Shown: one piece after another, positions 19,053 through 29,727 of the stretch | Layout: each line of letters begins with the position of its first letter | How positions within the stretch are numbered: position 1 is the stretch's first letter | From: an uncultured Clostridia bacterium | GTDB lineage: Bacteria > Bacillota > Clostridia > Christensenellales > UBA1242 | Direction: 5' to 3' | Assembly (NCBI GenBank): GCA_944372585.1 | Contig: CALVZQ010000003.1 | Location: forward strand, 93,467-157,466 | DNA length: 64,000 bases | Program-made: the position numbers and the translations under genes | The notes under the pieces: model-generated | Told to the model about the DNA's origin: nothing | Databases searched by the model: none | The model's input: only the letters and a program-made list of their open reading frames with translations

Positions 19053-20366
19053 TTAAAACATTCGTCTGAAACCTTTTTTATTCTTAAGTTGTTTCATCAT
19101 TTCTTTTGATTGCTCAAATTGTTTCAAAAGTGTGTTGACTTGTTGAATTGTTGTTCCACTCCCTTCTGCAATACGTTTTCTTCTGCTTGCTTTAATGATT
19201 TCTGGATTGAGTCTTTCTTCTTTTGTCATGCTTTGAATGATTGCTTTGTTGACAGCAAGTTGTTTTTCGTCAATGGTGATCCCTTTCATTTTGGAAGCCA
19301 TACCAGGAATCATACCAATCAAATCATTGATGTTTCCCATTTTCTTCAAGCTTTCCATTTGAGTCAAATAATCCTCAAATGTGAAAGAGTTTTCTCTAAA
19401 CTTTGCCTCTAATTTCTTTGCTTCCTCTTCTGTCACAGCTTCTTGAGCCTTTTCAATCAAAGAAAGAACATCCCCCATGCCCAATATTCTGCTGGCAATT
19501 CTGTCTGGATAAAAAGGTTCAAGGTCACCTATCTTCTCCCCAACACCTGAGAACTTGATTGGTTTTCCGGTTATCGCCTTGATTGAAAGTGCAGCACCAC
19601 CACGAGTGTCACCATCAAGTTTTGTAAGCACAACACCTGTGATGTCCAAATCATTGTTAAAGCTCTCTGCAATTGTCACGGCATCTTGTCCAGTCATAGC
19701 ATCAACAACAAGCAAAATTTCAGTTGGTTTAACTTCTTTCTTGATGTCTTTGAGTTCTTGCATCAACTCTTGATTGATGTGAAGACGCCCTGCTGTGTCG
19801 ATGATTACAACATCGTAGCCTTGTTTTTTTGCATGTTCAATTGATTGTTTTGCAGTCTTCACAGGGTTTTGAGTCCCTCTTTCAAAAACTTCAACATTTG
19901 CTGATTTTCCAACAACTTGCAACTGATTGATTGCGGCAGGTCTGTAGATGTCGCACGCAACGAGAAGTGGCTTCTTTCCACTCTTTTTCAAGTGATAGGC
20001 AAGTTTTCCGCACATGGTTGTCTTTCCAGCACCTTGCAAACCACACATCATGATGACAGTTGGCGGATTTGATGCGATTTGCAATTTCTGATTGTCAGAA
20101 GAAATAAGTTTTGTAAGTTCGTCTTTGACAATTTTGATGACCATTTGACCTGGAGTCAAACTTTTCATGACATCTTCGCCAATCGCCTTTTCTGTGGTGT
20201 CAGCAACAAATTTTTTGGCAACCATATAGTTGACATCTGCTTCCAAAAGAGCAATTCTGACTTCACGCATTGCTTCCTTGATTTCAAGTTCGGTCAACTT
20301 TCCACGCTTGGTGAGTTTTGAAAAGATATGATTAAATTTTTCTGATAATGATGAAAATAGTGCCAT
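19053..20366 (-). CDS. ffh: Signal recognition particle protein
   Basis: ALLEADV, GLQGAGKTT, DTAGR, TKLDGDTRGGAALS, Met-rich M domain. Confidence 0.99.
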   Translation of the reverse strand: MALFSSLSEKFNHIFSKLTKRGKLTELEIKEAMREVRIALLEADVNYMVAKKFVADTTEKAIGEDVMKSLTPGQMVIKIVKDELTKLISSDNQKLQIASNPPTVIMMCGLQGAGKTTMCGKLAYHLKKSGKKPLLVACDIYRPAAINQLQVVGKSANVEVFERGTQNPVKTAKQSIEHAKKQGYDVVIIDTAGRLHINQELMQELKDIKKEVKPTEILLVVDAMTGQDAVTIAESFNNDLDITGVVLTKLDGDTRGGAALSIKAITGKPIKFSGVGEKIGDLEPFYPDRIASRILGMGDVLSLIEKAQEAVTEEEAKKLEAKFRENSFTFEDYLTQMESLKKMGNINDLIGMIPGMASKMKGITIDEKQLAVNKAIIQSMTKEERLNPEIIKASRRKRIAEGSGTTIQQVNTLLKQFEQSKEMMKQLKNKKGFRRMF

Positions 20367-20704
20367 TATAATTTCCTTAAAATAATATCGACTTTTTCTG
20401 AAATTTCTCTTTGAGAGTTTTTGTCCGCGAGTGTTTTGATCTCTTGCAAGTTCAAAACAAGATTTTGTTTTGTTTCATTCACATGCAAAGCATTTTCAAA
20501 CTTGTCCAATTTTTCACAAGATTTGTCAATTGCATCAAGCACAGCCTGCCTTGTGACATTTCGCTCTTCTGCAATTTCCACAAGCGTCATGTTATATTCA
20601 AAATATGATGTCATGATTTTTTGCCTGTCTTCGCTCAAAAGTGAGCCATAAATTTCAAACAATCTCCCATATTTCACAAAATCTTGAAGTTGAATTTTTG
20701 ACAT
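20366..20704 (-). CDS. ylxM: YlxM family protein
   Basis: YGSLL, EIAEERNVTRQAVLD HTH; directly upstream of ffh. Confidence 0.9.
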   Translation of the reverse strand: MSKIQLQDFVKYGRLFEIYGSLLSEDRQKIMTSYFEYNMTLVEIAEERNVTRQAVLDAIDKSCEKLDKFENALHVNETKQNLVLNLQEIKTLADKNSQREISEKVDIILRKL

Positions 20705-20775
20705 TTTTGCTCCTTGCTGACTTAAAACTTTATGTCGCAATTATATCATAATGTTTGATTTATTGCAACTTATTT

Positions 20776-21876
20776 TCATTGAAACAAATTCGCAATGACA
20801 GTGTTACTGATGTGATAAAAAATCGGATTGAGAAAAACTTTTTCTCCATTTTGCATCAAAATTCCTTTGGCAATATATTCATCAAAATAAGAATTTTTTG
20901 TCAAATCATAACCCAGTTTTTTCACTTCTAACAAATCAACTCCCGAATTGCATCGAAGTCCCAGCATGATGATCTCTTCAATTTGTTCTTGATTTGTCAA
21001 AATTTCTTCTTCGATTTTTCCAAGTTCATAATCTTTCAAACTTTCGGAATTTTTAAATCTTTTTCCGCCAACAAAAGAGTGTGCTGAAAGACCAAAGCCC
21101 AAATATTCTCCTCTTGCCCAATAATTCAGATTATGTCTGCTTTCATAACCAGGAAAGGCAAAGTTGCTTATTTCATATCTCTCCATGCCGTTGTCACACA
21201 AATAGTTTGACAGTTTGTTGAACGCTTGAATTGTTTGGTCGTCGTCAAGCGGCTTATATTTCCCCTCTTTTGTCATTTGAAAAATTTTTGTGTTTTCATA
21301 CACTTCCAACAGATAACATGAAATGTGTTTAACCCCCAGTGCAAGCAACTGTTTTGCATATCCACATAAATCTTTTCCACTTTCATTTTCAAGTCCAACA
21401 ATCAAATCAGCAGAAACATTGTCAAAATACTTCCTTGCCAATTTGATTTTTTCAAGTGCCATTTTTTTGTTATGCAACCTTCCGATTTTTTTTAAAGTTT
21501 TGTCATTAAGAGATTGCACACCAATGCTCAATCTGTTTATTCTCAAACTTTTCCACGTTTGAAGAAGTTGTTCTGTGATTGAATTTGGATTTGCTTCGAT
21601 TGTGAATTCTGCGTCTTCATAAACATCAAAGTTTTCAAACAGGGTGCCAACAATTTTCTTTATTTGCTCCCCAGTCAGAACACTTGGCGTTCCGCCACCA
21701 ATATAGATGGTTCGAACAACCTTGTCGCATTTTCTTCTTCTGATTTCATCACAAAGCAAATTGATGTATTTTTCTTTTATTTCATCACTTGCACAGAAAG
21801 AGTTAAAAGCACAATAATTGCACTTTTGTTCACAAAAAGGTATATGAATATAAATTGAAATATCTTTATTTTTCAT
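20776..21876 (-). CDS. hemW: Radical SAM heme chaperone HemW (HemN-like)
   Basis: [35 protein letters not shown]; follows lepA. Confidence 0.93.
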   Translation of the reverse strand: MKNKDISIYIHIPFCEQKCNYCAFNSFCASDEIKEKYINLLCDEIRRRKCDKVVRTIYIGGGTPSVLTGEQIKKIVGTLFENFDVYEDAEFTIEANPNSITEQLLQTWKSLRINRLSIGVQSLNDKTLKKIGRLHNKKMALEKIKLARKYFDNVSADLIVGLENESGKDLCGYAKQLLALGVKHISCYLLEVYENTKIFQMTKEGKYKPLDDDQTIQAFNKLSNYLCDNGMERYEISNFAFPGYESRHNLNYWARGEYLGFGLSAHSFVGGKRFKNSESLKDYELGKIEEEILTNQEQIEEIIMLGLRCNSGVDLLEVKKLGYDLTKNSYFDEYIAKGILMQNGEKVFLNPIFYHISNTVIANLFQ

Positions 21877-23671
21877 CGTCTAATTTCAAAATGCTCATGA
21901 AGGCTTCAGAAGGAATTTCAACCGAGCCAATCTTTCTCATTCTCTTTTTGCCTTCTTTCTGTTTCTCAAGCAGTTTTCTCTTTCTTGTAATGTCACCGCC
22001 ATAACACTTTGCAAGAACATCTTTTCTCATGGCAGAGATGGTTTCTCTGGCAATAATCTTGTTTCCAATGCAAGCTTGAATTGGAACTTCAAACAATTGT
22101 CTTGGAATGATTTTTTTCAATCTCTCAGCAAGTTCTCTTCCTCTTGTGTACGCCTTATCTTTGTGAACAATAAGTGAAAGAGCATCACACTTCTCTCCAT
22201 TAAGCATCAAATCAACTCTGACCAAATCTGCAGGTTCAAATCCTGCAAGCTCATAGTCAAAACTTGCATAACCTTTTGTTCTTGATTTCAGGTTGTCAAA
22301 AAAGTCATAAATTATTTCGCCCAAAGGCAAAGTGTATTTAAGTTCCACTCTCTTCTTGTCGAGATATTGCATATCTTTGTAAATTCCACGCTTGTCTTGG
22401 CAAAGGTCCATGATCGTTCCAACAAATTCTGGTGGTGTGAAGATGTTGACTTTGACAATAGGTTCTTCAATTCTGTCAATTTCAACTGCTGGTGGAAGAT
22501 TTGATGGATTGGAAATTTCAAGCATTTCTCCGTTTGTTTTGTAAACATGATAAGAAACACTTGGAGCGGTGGTAATAATGTCCAAATTGAATTCTCTTTC
22601 CAATCTTTCGGTTATGATTTCAAGGTGCAAAAGCCCCAAGAAACCGCATCTGAAACCATAGCCCAAAGCAGACGAAACTTCTGGTGTGAAATGCAAACTT
22701 GCATCGTTCAGTTTCAATTTTTCAAGTCCATCTTTAAGTTCATAATATTTCGCTCCATCGACTGGAAAAATTCCACAATAAACCACAGGCTGAACCTCTT
22801 TATATCCAGCAAGCGGAGCATCAATAGGATTGTCAGCAAAGGTGACAGTGTCGCCCACTTTGACATCAGAAATTGTTTTGATTGAAGCCGCGATATAGCC
22901 AACATCTCCAGCAGAAAGACTTTCGACCTGTTTTGTGTTTGGAACAAAAATTCCAACTTCAGTGACTTCAAACACTTTTCCTGTTTGCATCATCAAAATC
23001 CTGTCACCTGCTTTGACTGTTCCATCAAAAACTCGAATAAGACAAATTGCCCCTTTAAAATTGTCATAGTGACTGTCAAAAATCAGTGCCTTAAGAGGTT
23101 TTGTTTCGTCCCCAACTGGTGCAGGAATTTTTGTTATGATTGCTTTCAAAACTTGATCAATGTTTGTTCCTTCCTTTGCTGATATGCATGGACAATCTTC
23201 AGCATCAAAACCAATGACATCTTCAATCTCAAGTTTGACTTCTTCAACTCTAGCCGAAGGCAAATCAATTTTGTTGATGACTGGCACTGTTTCAAGATTA
23301 TTATCAAGTGCAAGATATGTGTTTGCCAAGGTTTGTGCTTCCACACCCTGCGATGCGTCAACCAAAAGAATTGCCCCCTCACAAGCAGCAAGAGAACGTG
23401 AAACTTCATAGGTGAAATCGACATGCCCTGGTGTGTCAATCAAATTCAAAGTATATTCCTTTTCCTCATAGTCATAAATAAGTCTTGTCGGAGCAAGTTT
23501 GATTGTGATGCCCTTTTCTCTTTCAAGGTCCATGCTGTCAAGGATTTGACTTTGCATATCTCTCTTTGAAACTGTTCCGGTCATTTCAATCAATCTGTCA
23601 GCCAAAGTGCTTTTCCCATGATCTATGTGTGCAATTATGCAAAAATTTCTTATTAAGCTTAAATCTTTCAA
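21866..23671 (-). CDS. lepA: Elongation factor 4
   Basis: [36 protein letters not shown]; TTG start. Confidence 0.99.
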   Translation of the reverse strand: MKDLSLIRNFCIIAHIDHGKSTLADRLIEMTGTVSKRDMQSQILDSMDLEREKGITIKLAPTRLIYDYEEKEYTLNLIDTPGHVDFTYEVSRSLAACEGAILLVDASQGVEAQTLANTYLALDNNLETVPVINKIDLPSARVEEVKLEIEDVIGFDAEDCPCISAKEGTNIDQVLKAIITKIPAPVGDETKPLKALIFDSHYDNFKGAICLIRVFDGTVKAGDRILMMQTGKVFEVTEVGIFVPNTKQVESLSAGDVGYIAASIKTISDVKVGDTVTFADNPIDAPLAGYKEVQPVVYCGIFPVDGAKYYELKDGLEKLKLNDASLHFTPEVSSALGYGFRCGFLGLLHLEIITERLEREFNLDIITTAPSVSYHVYKTNGEMLEISNPSNLPPAVEIDRIEEPIVKVNIFTPPEFVGTIMDLCQDKRGIYKDMQYLDKKRVELKYTLPLGEIIYDFFDNLKSRTKGYASFDYELAGFEPADLVRVDLMLNGEKCDALSLIVHKDKAYTRGRELAERLKKIIPRQLFEVPIQACIGNKIIARETISAMRKDVLAKCYGGDITRKRKLLEKQKEGKKRMRKIGSVEIPSEAFMSILKLDDEK

Positions 23672-23826
23672 GTAATTTTCTCCTGATAAGATTATACACT
23701 ATCACGCAAAAAGTTTCCAAACAAAATTTCTTTACAATCAAAAAATCGAACAAAAAGAAAAAACTTTATAACTTTATTTTGAGAAAACAACAAAATTTGC
23801 TATTATATTTGAAAAGGAGTTTGTGA

Positions 23827-24786
23827 ATGGGAAAATTATATTTCAAATATGGTGCAATGGGTTCTTCCAAAACTGCTTCTGCCTTGATGTGCAGATTCAA
23901 CTATATGCAAAAAGGCATGAATGTTCTTTTGATGAAACCTAAAATTGACACAAGATACAAAGAAAATGAAATGGTTTCAAGAATAGGTTTAAGTGCTCCA
24001 TGTTATGCTTTTTCATCTGATGAAAACCTTGAAAAATTTTTTGAAAAAGAAAATGAACTCAGCAAAATTGATGTTATTATTGTTGACGAATGTCAATTCT
24101 GCACAAAAAAACAAATTGAACAACTCAGAAATTTGACAAACAAGGTCCCTGTTTTGTGCTATGGACTTATGACAAACTTCAAGGGCGAACTTTTTGAAGG
24201 AAGCAAACGCCTTGTCGAAATCTGTGACAGTTTAAGTGAAATCAAAAGTGTTTGCGAATGTGGACGAAAAGCAACAATGAATGCAAGATTTGTTCACGGG
24301 CTCATTTGCACCGAAGGAGATGAAATCAGCATTGGTGCGGACGAAAAATATAAAGGTATGTGTTATTCTTGTTTTGTTAAAGAACAGAGAAAAGCCAAAA
24401 TCTATGAAAAAATAATCAAATACTTAAAAATTTTGAAAAACAAAGGAGATGCTGGAAATTGGTCAACAGATTTACCAATGGATAACGTAGTTCTGCAAAA
24501 ACCTTTTGTAGTCTATGATGATGACGTAAAAGCTTTTGTTGACGATTTCAAAGAATTTGAAATCAAAAATCCGGAAAAGATTTTGCTTGTTGGAGATGAC
24601 ATCAATGCACTCCGCAAAATCACAATGAAAGATAAAGATTTTGATTATATGATGGCACTCATTTCATATGTTCTCAAACTTGAAAAAATTAAACCGGGGC
24701 TTCTCAAAGCGCTGATTGAAGACAACACTCTGACAAAATGGTTAAAGCAAATAAAAAAGAGTGTTGACCACGAAAACTTTGAATAA
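23827..24786 (+). CDS. tdk: Thymidine kinase with extra C-terminal helical domain
   Basis: YGAMGSSKT, VDECQF, YGLMTNF.GELFEGS, CECGRKA...CYSC; about 130 extra C-terminal residues. Confidence 0.93.
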   Translation: MGKLYFKYGAMGSSKTASALMCRFNYMQKGMNVLLMKPKIDTRYKENEMVSRIGLSAPCYAFSSDENLEKFFEKENELSKIDVIIVDECQFCTKKQIEQLRNLTNKVPVLCYGLMTNFKGELFEGSKRLVEICDSLSEIKSVCECGRKATMNARFVHGLICTEGDEISIGADEKYKGMCYSCFVKEQRKAKIYEKIIKYLKILKNKGDAGNWSTDLPMDNVVLQKPFVVYDDDVKAFVDDFKEFEIKNPEKILLVGDDINALRKITMKDKDFDYMMALISYVLKLEKIKPGLLKALIEDNTLTKWLKQIKKSVDHENFE

Positions 24787-24818
24787 AAATTTAATTTATT
24801 GTTTTTATAATTTAAAAG

Positions 24819-24845
24819 AAAAGCATATCAATTTGATATGCTTTT
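24819..24845. terminator. Bidirectional intrinsic terminator
   Basis: Perfect aaaagcatatcaa-t-ttgatatgctttt between convergent genes. Confidence 0.85.
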
Positions 24846-24847
24846 AA

Positions 24848-25438
24848 TCATTCTTTTTCAGAAACAACATCTATATTTTGATCATCTTTTCTTTTTATAA
24901 TTTTAGAAATAAAATACGCCAAACCTAAACTTCCTGTCACAAACATTGGTACCAATGCTGCCATTGATTGTGATAAAATGGATTCATAGCATGAATGAAT
25001 AAACAAAGTTTCTGTAATATGAACTCTTAAATCCAAATCAAGTACAGAAATATAACTAGACAAATTGATAACAATTATCATCTCAACAAGAACAGAAATC
25101 ACTATCAATGCCATGTAAACAATGTTCAAAATTTTTGCTGTTGTTTTTTTACCAGAATTTTTATAGCTTATATTTGACAAAATCAAAGATAAAACAACTA
25201 AAATCAGAGATAATGACATCAAACAAATTAAAACTATGAAACAAGTTCTGAACTTCTCTTCAAGACCATAATGTGATAATAATTCATAATAACCACTTGT
25301 ATTTTCGAGATTATAATAATATGATTCAAACCTAAAATTTAATAAAATTAAACCAATAAACCCAATGAAAGCAGATAATAATGCAACTGCAAAAATAATC
25401 GTCAAAATTTGCTTTACCAATCCTTTGCTGCTATTCAT
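24848..25438 (-). CDS. Hypothetical four-TM membrane protein
   Basis: Four hydrophobic segments; GGAGG RBS; very AT-rich. Confidence 0.7.
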   Translation of the reverse strand: MNSSKGLVKQILTIIFAVALLSAFIGFIGLILLNFRFESYYYNLENTSGYYELLSHYGLEEKFRTCFIVLICLMSLSLILVVLSLILSNISYKNSGKKTTAKILNIVYMALIVISVLVEMIIVINLSSYISVLDLDLRVHITETLFIHSCYESILSQSMAALVPMFVTGSLGLAYFISKIIKRKDDQNIDVVSEKE

Positions 25439-25452
25439 TATCCCTCCCATTC

Positions 25453-26181
25453 TCAATTTTGTTTTACTTTATTTATATCTAAAATAAATGACTTTCCATT
25501 TTCGCAAATTTGTTTCATTTCTCCATTTTTGAAAATATACGCCTCGCCATAGATTGTTTTTGTTTCGGCATCATCAATAATATATGAACCATCTGTTATT
25601 GCAATGAAAGGTTTTCTTTTACTGTCTGGTAAAAGAATTTGTCTATTAAAATCTTCATTTTCAGGTTTGAAATGTGGTTCAATATTTAAGTCGGTAAGCC
25701 CAAGTCCCTTCCAATAACGTTTTGGCGCTGTTTCATCAGGAGTTGGCGAACAGTAGACCTCTTTTGCCAAGTTCAAAGCGCCAGCACTTTGTCCAACAAT
25801 GACACCTTTACATTTTTTGATATGTTTTCGGAGATTCATTTTTTCAAACATTTCCATTTGGACAAATGTGTCTCCGCCAGCCAAAAAAACCAAGTCAGCT
25901 TTTTTCATGAGATCTTCGCATTGCTCAAAATTATTTCCATCTAAAATTACCATTTTGTCGAAATTCATGCCATCAAGACTCAAAGAATCTCTTGTTAAAT
26001 TCGCATAAGCGGCAGTTCCATCATAAAAAGGAGAACTTGCAACAAAGACCATAAGCATATGACCTTTGAGTGAACCTTTAAGTTTGTCTGCAAATTGGTT
26101 TGTGTTATTCAATCTACTTACGACTCTTCTTCCATCAACTTTTTTTGATGCTCCTATGTCACTTGTTAAAAAGATTTTCAT
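25453..26181 (-). CDS. Peptidase S51 / peptidase E family protein
   Basis: FLAGGDT, GQSAGA nucleophile motif, GLGL, IEPHF. Confidence 0.88.
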   Translation of the reverse strand: MKIFLTSDIGASKKVDGRRVVSRLNNTNQFADKLKGSLKGHMLMVFVASSPFYDGTAAYANLTRDSLSLDGMNFDKMVILDGNNFEQCEDLMKKADLVFLAGGDTFVQMEMFEKMNLRKHIKKCKGVIVGQSAGALNLAKEVYCSPTPDETAPKRYWKGLGLTDLNIEPHFKPENEDFNRQILLPDSKRKPFIAITDGSYIIDDAETKTIYGEAYIFKNGEMKQICENGKSFILDINKVKQN

Positions 26182-26214
26182 GTAGACTCCTAAAATTTTT
26201 CTGTAGAACTTCTA

Positions 26215-26775
26215 TTACTTAACTTTTTCCATGTACGAACCATCTCTTGTGTCAACTCTGATGATGTCACCTGTGTTGACAAAAAGTGGAACACGGATTA
26301 CATAGCCTGTTGAAAGAGTTGCTGGTTTCATAGAAGCCTTTGATGTGTCCCCTTGAATTCCTGGTTCTGTGTCCACAACTTCAAGTTCAACAAATGTTGG
26401 TGGATAGACTGCAAATGGAATACCTTTATACATATACATTGTTGTTGGCATATTTTCGGTGACAAAATTCAAAGCATCTGCAACAGCATCTTTGTTCAAT
26501 GGCATTTGTTCATATGTTTCATTATCCATGAAATAATAAAGGTCGCCATCGTTGTAAAGATAAAGCATTTCTTTCTTTTCGATAACTGCATCTTGAAATT
26601 TGTCAGATGGGTTGAAAGTTGTTTCCTGAACTTGTCCTGTCATAACATTTTTAATTTTTGCTCTAACGAAAGGAGAACCTTTTCCTGGCTTAACGTGCAA
26701 AAAGTCTACCACGTTGTAGACATTTCCGTCCATTTCAAAAGTTGTTCCCTTTCTAAAATCTCCTGCTGTAACCAT
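26215..26775 (-). CDS. efp: Elongation factor P
   Basis: [24 protein letters not shown]. Confidence 0.99.
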   Translation of the reverse strand: MVTAGDFRKGTTFEMDGNVYNVVDFLHVKPGKGSPFVRAKIKNVMTGQVQETTFNPSDKFQDAVIEKKEMLYLYNDGDLYYFMDNETYEQMPLNKDAVADALNFVTENMPTTMYMYKGIPFAVYPPTFVELEVVDTEPGIQGDTSKASMKPATLSTGYVIRVPLFVNTGDIIRVDTRDGSYMEKVK

Positions 26776-26897
26776 AATTAATCTCCTATATAAATTTAAT
26801 CTACATATTATTTTAACATATCATATTCAAATTTACAACTGTTTTGTTTAAAAATTTTAAATCATAAATCAAACTTTGCTTACAGACAAATCAAAAC

Positions 26898-27944
26898 TCA
26901 ATGCTTAGTAATAACATCAGAAAAATCGTTTCCTTCTTTGTTTAAAGGTCGGACAACATTTTCCAATTCTGCTTTCAGATTGTTCATGTCAATTGAAACC
27001 AGTTCTTTTGTCTCCTGATTCAACATTGATGTTGAAACACTGTGGCATAATGCACAAGACAGACATCTAGAGACAAAATCTCCTGCCCTGGAAACGTTGG
27101 TATGATGTTCCCAATTTTTACCCCTTGCCATCTCCACAAAAGTATGATCATTTAAATTGTTCTTGTGCAAATGTGTTGGAGCCAAGTAAATTCCTTTTTC
27201 TTTTTTGCAAACAAAACATCTTTCTTTTCCTTTATAAAGAGGCAATATGTCAATATCACCATATTCATCAGGCTCCAAGGCTTTTATTTTTTCCAAATCC
27301 TCTTCCGAAAAATCAATCTCACTTGTGTTTTTAAGTAAGTTGTTCCAAATCCAATAACCATTCACAAACAACATGTCATCTTCAGGTGATGTAATGTCCA
27401 AAAACTTAAATTTTAGTGCGTTGTTGTTTACATAACTTGCATATGAGACAAGAAAAATTTGCTCCAGAATTTTGTCTTGCTCAGTTTCTGTGTAACCAAG
27501 TTCTGCCATTTTTTCAGCCAAAATTTTTCCTATATCTTTTGCAACGTTGGCACCATAACAATGTGCAACAAGAGTAACCATACGCATATTTCTACAGGCC
27601 TCTGTCAAAGAAAGTCGTTTGTCATTTTTTGATATCAAAGGCACAAACAAATTCTCAACAGCATTCACCAAACCTTGCAAGACTCTTGCACTGCTTATTT
27701 TGTCGCCATAAACTGCTCCGAGGATATCTGCATGATCAGCAAAAACTCCAAGCATGCTTTCCACAACTTTGCAATATCCATTTGCTTTCTTGCCATCATA
27801 AGTGCCAAGTCCTCCCAAAACAATAACAATCGGTCTTGTGATTTTAAAGTCTCGAACATCAATTTCTTCCCAGTTGTTATGTTTAGGGTCATTTATTCTT
27901 CTTCCAAATTCACATCTCTCGCTGAAGTCTACTTCTTTCTCCAT
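26898..27944 (-). CDS. Hypothetical protein, possible alpha/beta-hydrolase fold
   Basis: IVIVLGGLG strand-loop and TLVAHCYGA elbow-like motif; AGGAG RBS. Confidence 0.55.
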   Translation of the reverse strand: MEKEVDFSERCEFGRRINDPKHNNWEEIDVRDFKITRPIVIVLGGLGTYDGKKANGYCKVVESMLGVFADHADILGAVYGDKISSARVLQGLVNAVENLFVPLISKNDKRLSLTEACRNMRMVTLVAHCYGANVAKDIGKILAEKMAELGYTETEQDKILEQIFLVSYASYVNNNALKFKFLDITSPEDDMLFVNGYWIWNNLLKNTSEIDFSEEDLEKIKALEPDEYGDIDILPLYKGKERCFVCKKEKGIYLAPTHLHKNNLNDHTFVEMARGKNWEHHTNVSRAGDFVSRCLSCALCHSVSTSMLNQETKELVSIDMNNLKAELENVVRPLNKEGNDFSDVITKH

Positions 27945-27965
27945 CTACTTCTCCTTGACACTCAC

Positions 27966-28850
27966 CTAAATTTTCCCAATTTTTGTCAAATACACACTTT
28001 TCATTTCAACACTGTCCTCAGCCATAGTTCCATTAGATTCACAAATCACATGGCAATTCAAATTATTGTCAATCAAACAGTCACAGAAAGGCTCAAATTC
28101 AGGCCCATAAAAATTATCCTCAAAAGTCAAGTGTCTTATCTCACCTTTTGCACCATACTCAATTTTTGAAAAATGAACATGAGCATTTCTAGTCCTTTCT
28201 TCCCCCAATTTTTCAAATGAATAGTCAAAGATTCTTTGATAATCTGATTTTGATTTCAATGCTCCTTGAGTTAAAGCGTTTATATGCCCAAAATCAAAAG
28301 TTGGCATAAGTTTTTCGGAAATCGTGCAAAGGTCAATAATTTCTTTCCATGTGCCAATTTGCATCGTTTTGCCCATAGTCTCAGGACAAATAAACATATC
28401 TTGTCCAAGTTCTTTTTCAATTTCAGGCATAAATTCTTCAAATCTTTGTGTCATAAGCTTCAAGGCGTTATCTCTGGTTTCTTTACCACAAGAGCCAGAA
28501 TGAAAAACCATTCTTTTGGCTCCAAACGCATGCATAAATCTGATTCCTGTTTTGATATATCCCAATGATTTTTCATACATAACAGGGTCTGGGTTTGCGA
28601 AATTGATAAAATATGGAGCATGGAGTGAAATCTCAATGCCATATTTTTTGAATTCATCTCCAATCTGCTGTGCAAGTTCGGTTTTCATTCTGTAACCTTG
28701 TCCAAAACTATATTCAAACAAGTCAAGGCCATTTTCAAAATTATCTTTCCCCTGTTCTGTCAACCATTTTGCAGTTTCCATTGTGGATTTATGTCCTTGC
28801 TCGTAGAATGACAAACTGTTTACAGCAGGACCAAACAAAGCTCTTTCCAT
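27966..28850 (-). CDS. Endonuclease IV-like TIM-barrel protein
   Basis: SLHAPYFIN, VFHSG, PETMGK, DFGH, HVHFS, ICES. Confidence 0.88.
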   Translation of the reverse strand: MERALFGPAVNSLSFYEQGHKSTMETAKWLTEQGKDNFENGLDLFEYSFGQGYRMKTELAQQIGDEFKKYGIEISLHAPYFINFANPDPVMYEKSLGYIKTGIRFMHAFGAKRMVFHSGSCGKETRDNALKLMTQRFEEFMPEIEKELGQDMFICPETMGKTMQIGTWKEIIDLCTISEKLMPTFDFGHINALTQGALKSKSDYQRIFDYSFEKLGEERTRNAHVHFSKIEYGAKGEIRHLTFEDNFYGPEFEPFCDCLIDNNLNCHVICESNGTMAEDSVEMKSVYLTKIGKI

Positions 28851-28860
28851 ACTGACCTCC

Positions 28861-29727
28861 TTAAAATCTAAAGATAAGTTTCACCCGCTCACTCTGAATT
28901 TCACCAATTCCAATGAAAATTTCATTATCATAGATTTTATATCTCCCATTATTATTTTTATTTTGCAAGATTTGACCATTTAGGAGCCTTGAAGTTTCTT
29001 CACTTGAAAGAAAAAGTTTTTCGTAATCAAAAATATTTTCGCATGAAATAAATTTGAAATTGCCTTTTTCAATATCTTCCAAAGAATAAGCATCTTTCAA
29101 ATCAAACATTCCACATTTTGTGCGTAGTATGCATTGCATACTACCATATGTGGACAGTTTCTCCGCCAAATCTCGACACAGACTTCTGATATATGTCCCA
29201 CTTGAACACTCAACCAAAAATTTGAAAACATTTTCATCAACCTGCTCAAGAAGTTTAAAGTCAAAAATTTCAACAGTTTTTGGTTTCAACTCAACGACTT
29301 GCCCCTTTCGAGCTTCTTTGTATGCAACTTTTCCATCAATCTTTTTTGCTGAATAAATTGGAGGCATTTGGTCATATCTGCCAATCATTTCTTTGATTGC
29401 TTTCTCAACATCTTGTTTTTCGACATGACATTCTTTTTGTTTAATGATTTTGCCCGATGTGTCAAGAGTATCGGTTTCAAATCCAAATACAAAAACCGTT
29501 TCATATGTCTTGGTTTTGTTCAGAAAATAATCAAAAAGTTTTGTTGCATTATTGACTGTCACAGGCAAAAGTCCAGCACCTTCAAGGTCCAAAGTTCCCA
29601 AGTGCCCACATTTTTTTGCCCCTAAGGTGTGTTTTACAATGTTGACAACTTTGTTGGAAGAAATTCCCGTTGGTTTGTTTATGAGCACGATTCCACTTTT
29701 GTTTCTTCCAACAAAGCTATTTTCCAT
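28861..29727 (-). CDS. truB: tRNA pseudouridine(55) synthase
   Basis: NKPTGISS, GHLGTLD, QMPPIYSA, CSSGTYIRSL. Confidence 0.97.
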   Translation of the reverse strand: MENSFVGRNKSGIVLINKPTGISSNKVVNIVKHTLGAKKCGHLGTLDLEGAGLLPVTVNNATKLFDYFLNKTKTYETVFVFGFETDTLDTSGKIIKQKECHVEKQDVEKAIKEMIGRYDQMPPIYSAKKIDGKVAYKEARKGQVVELKPKTVEIFDFKLLEQVDENVFKFLVECSSGTYIRSLCRDLAEKLSTYGSMQCILRTKCGMFDLKDAYSLEDIEKGNFKFISCENIFDYEKLFLSSEETSRLLNGQILQNKNNNGRYKIYDNEIFIGIGEIQSERVKLIFRF

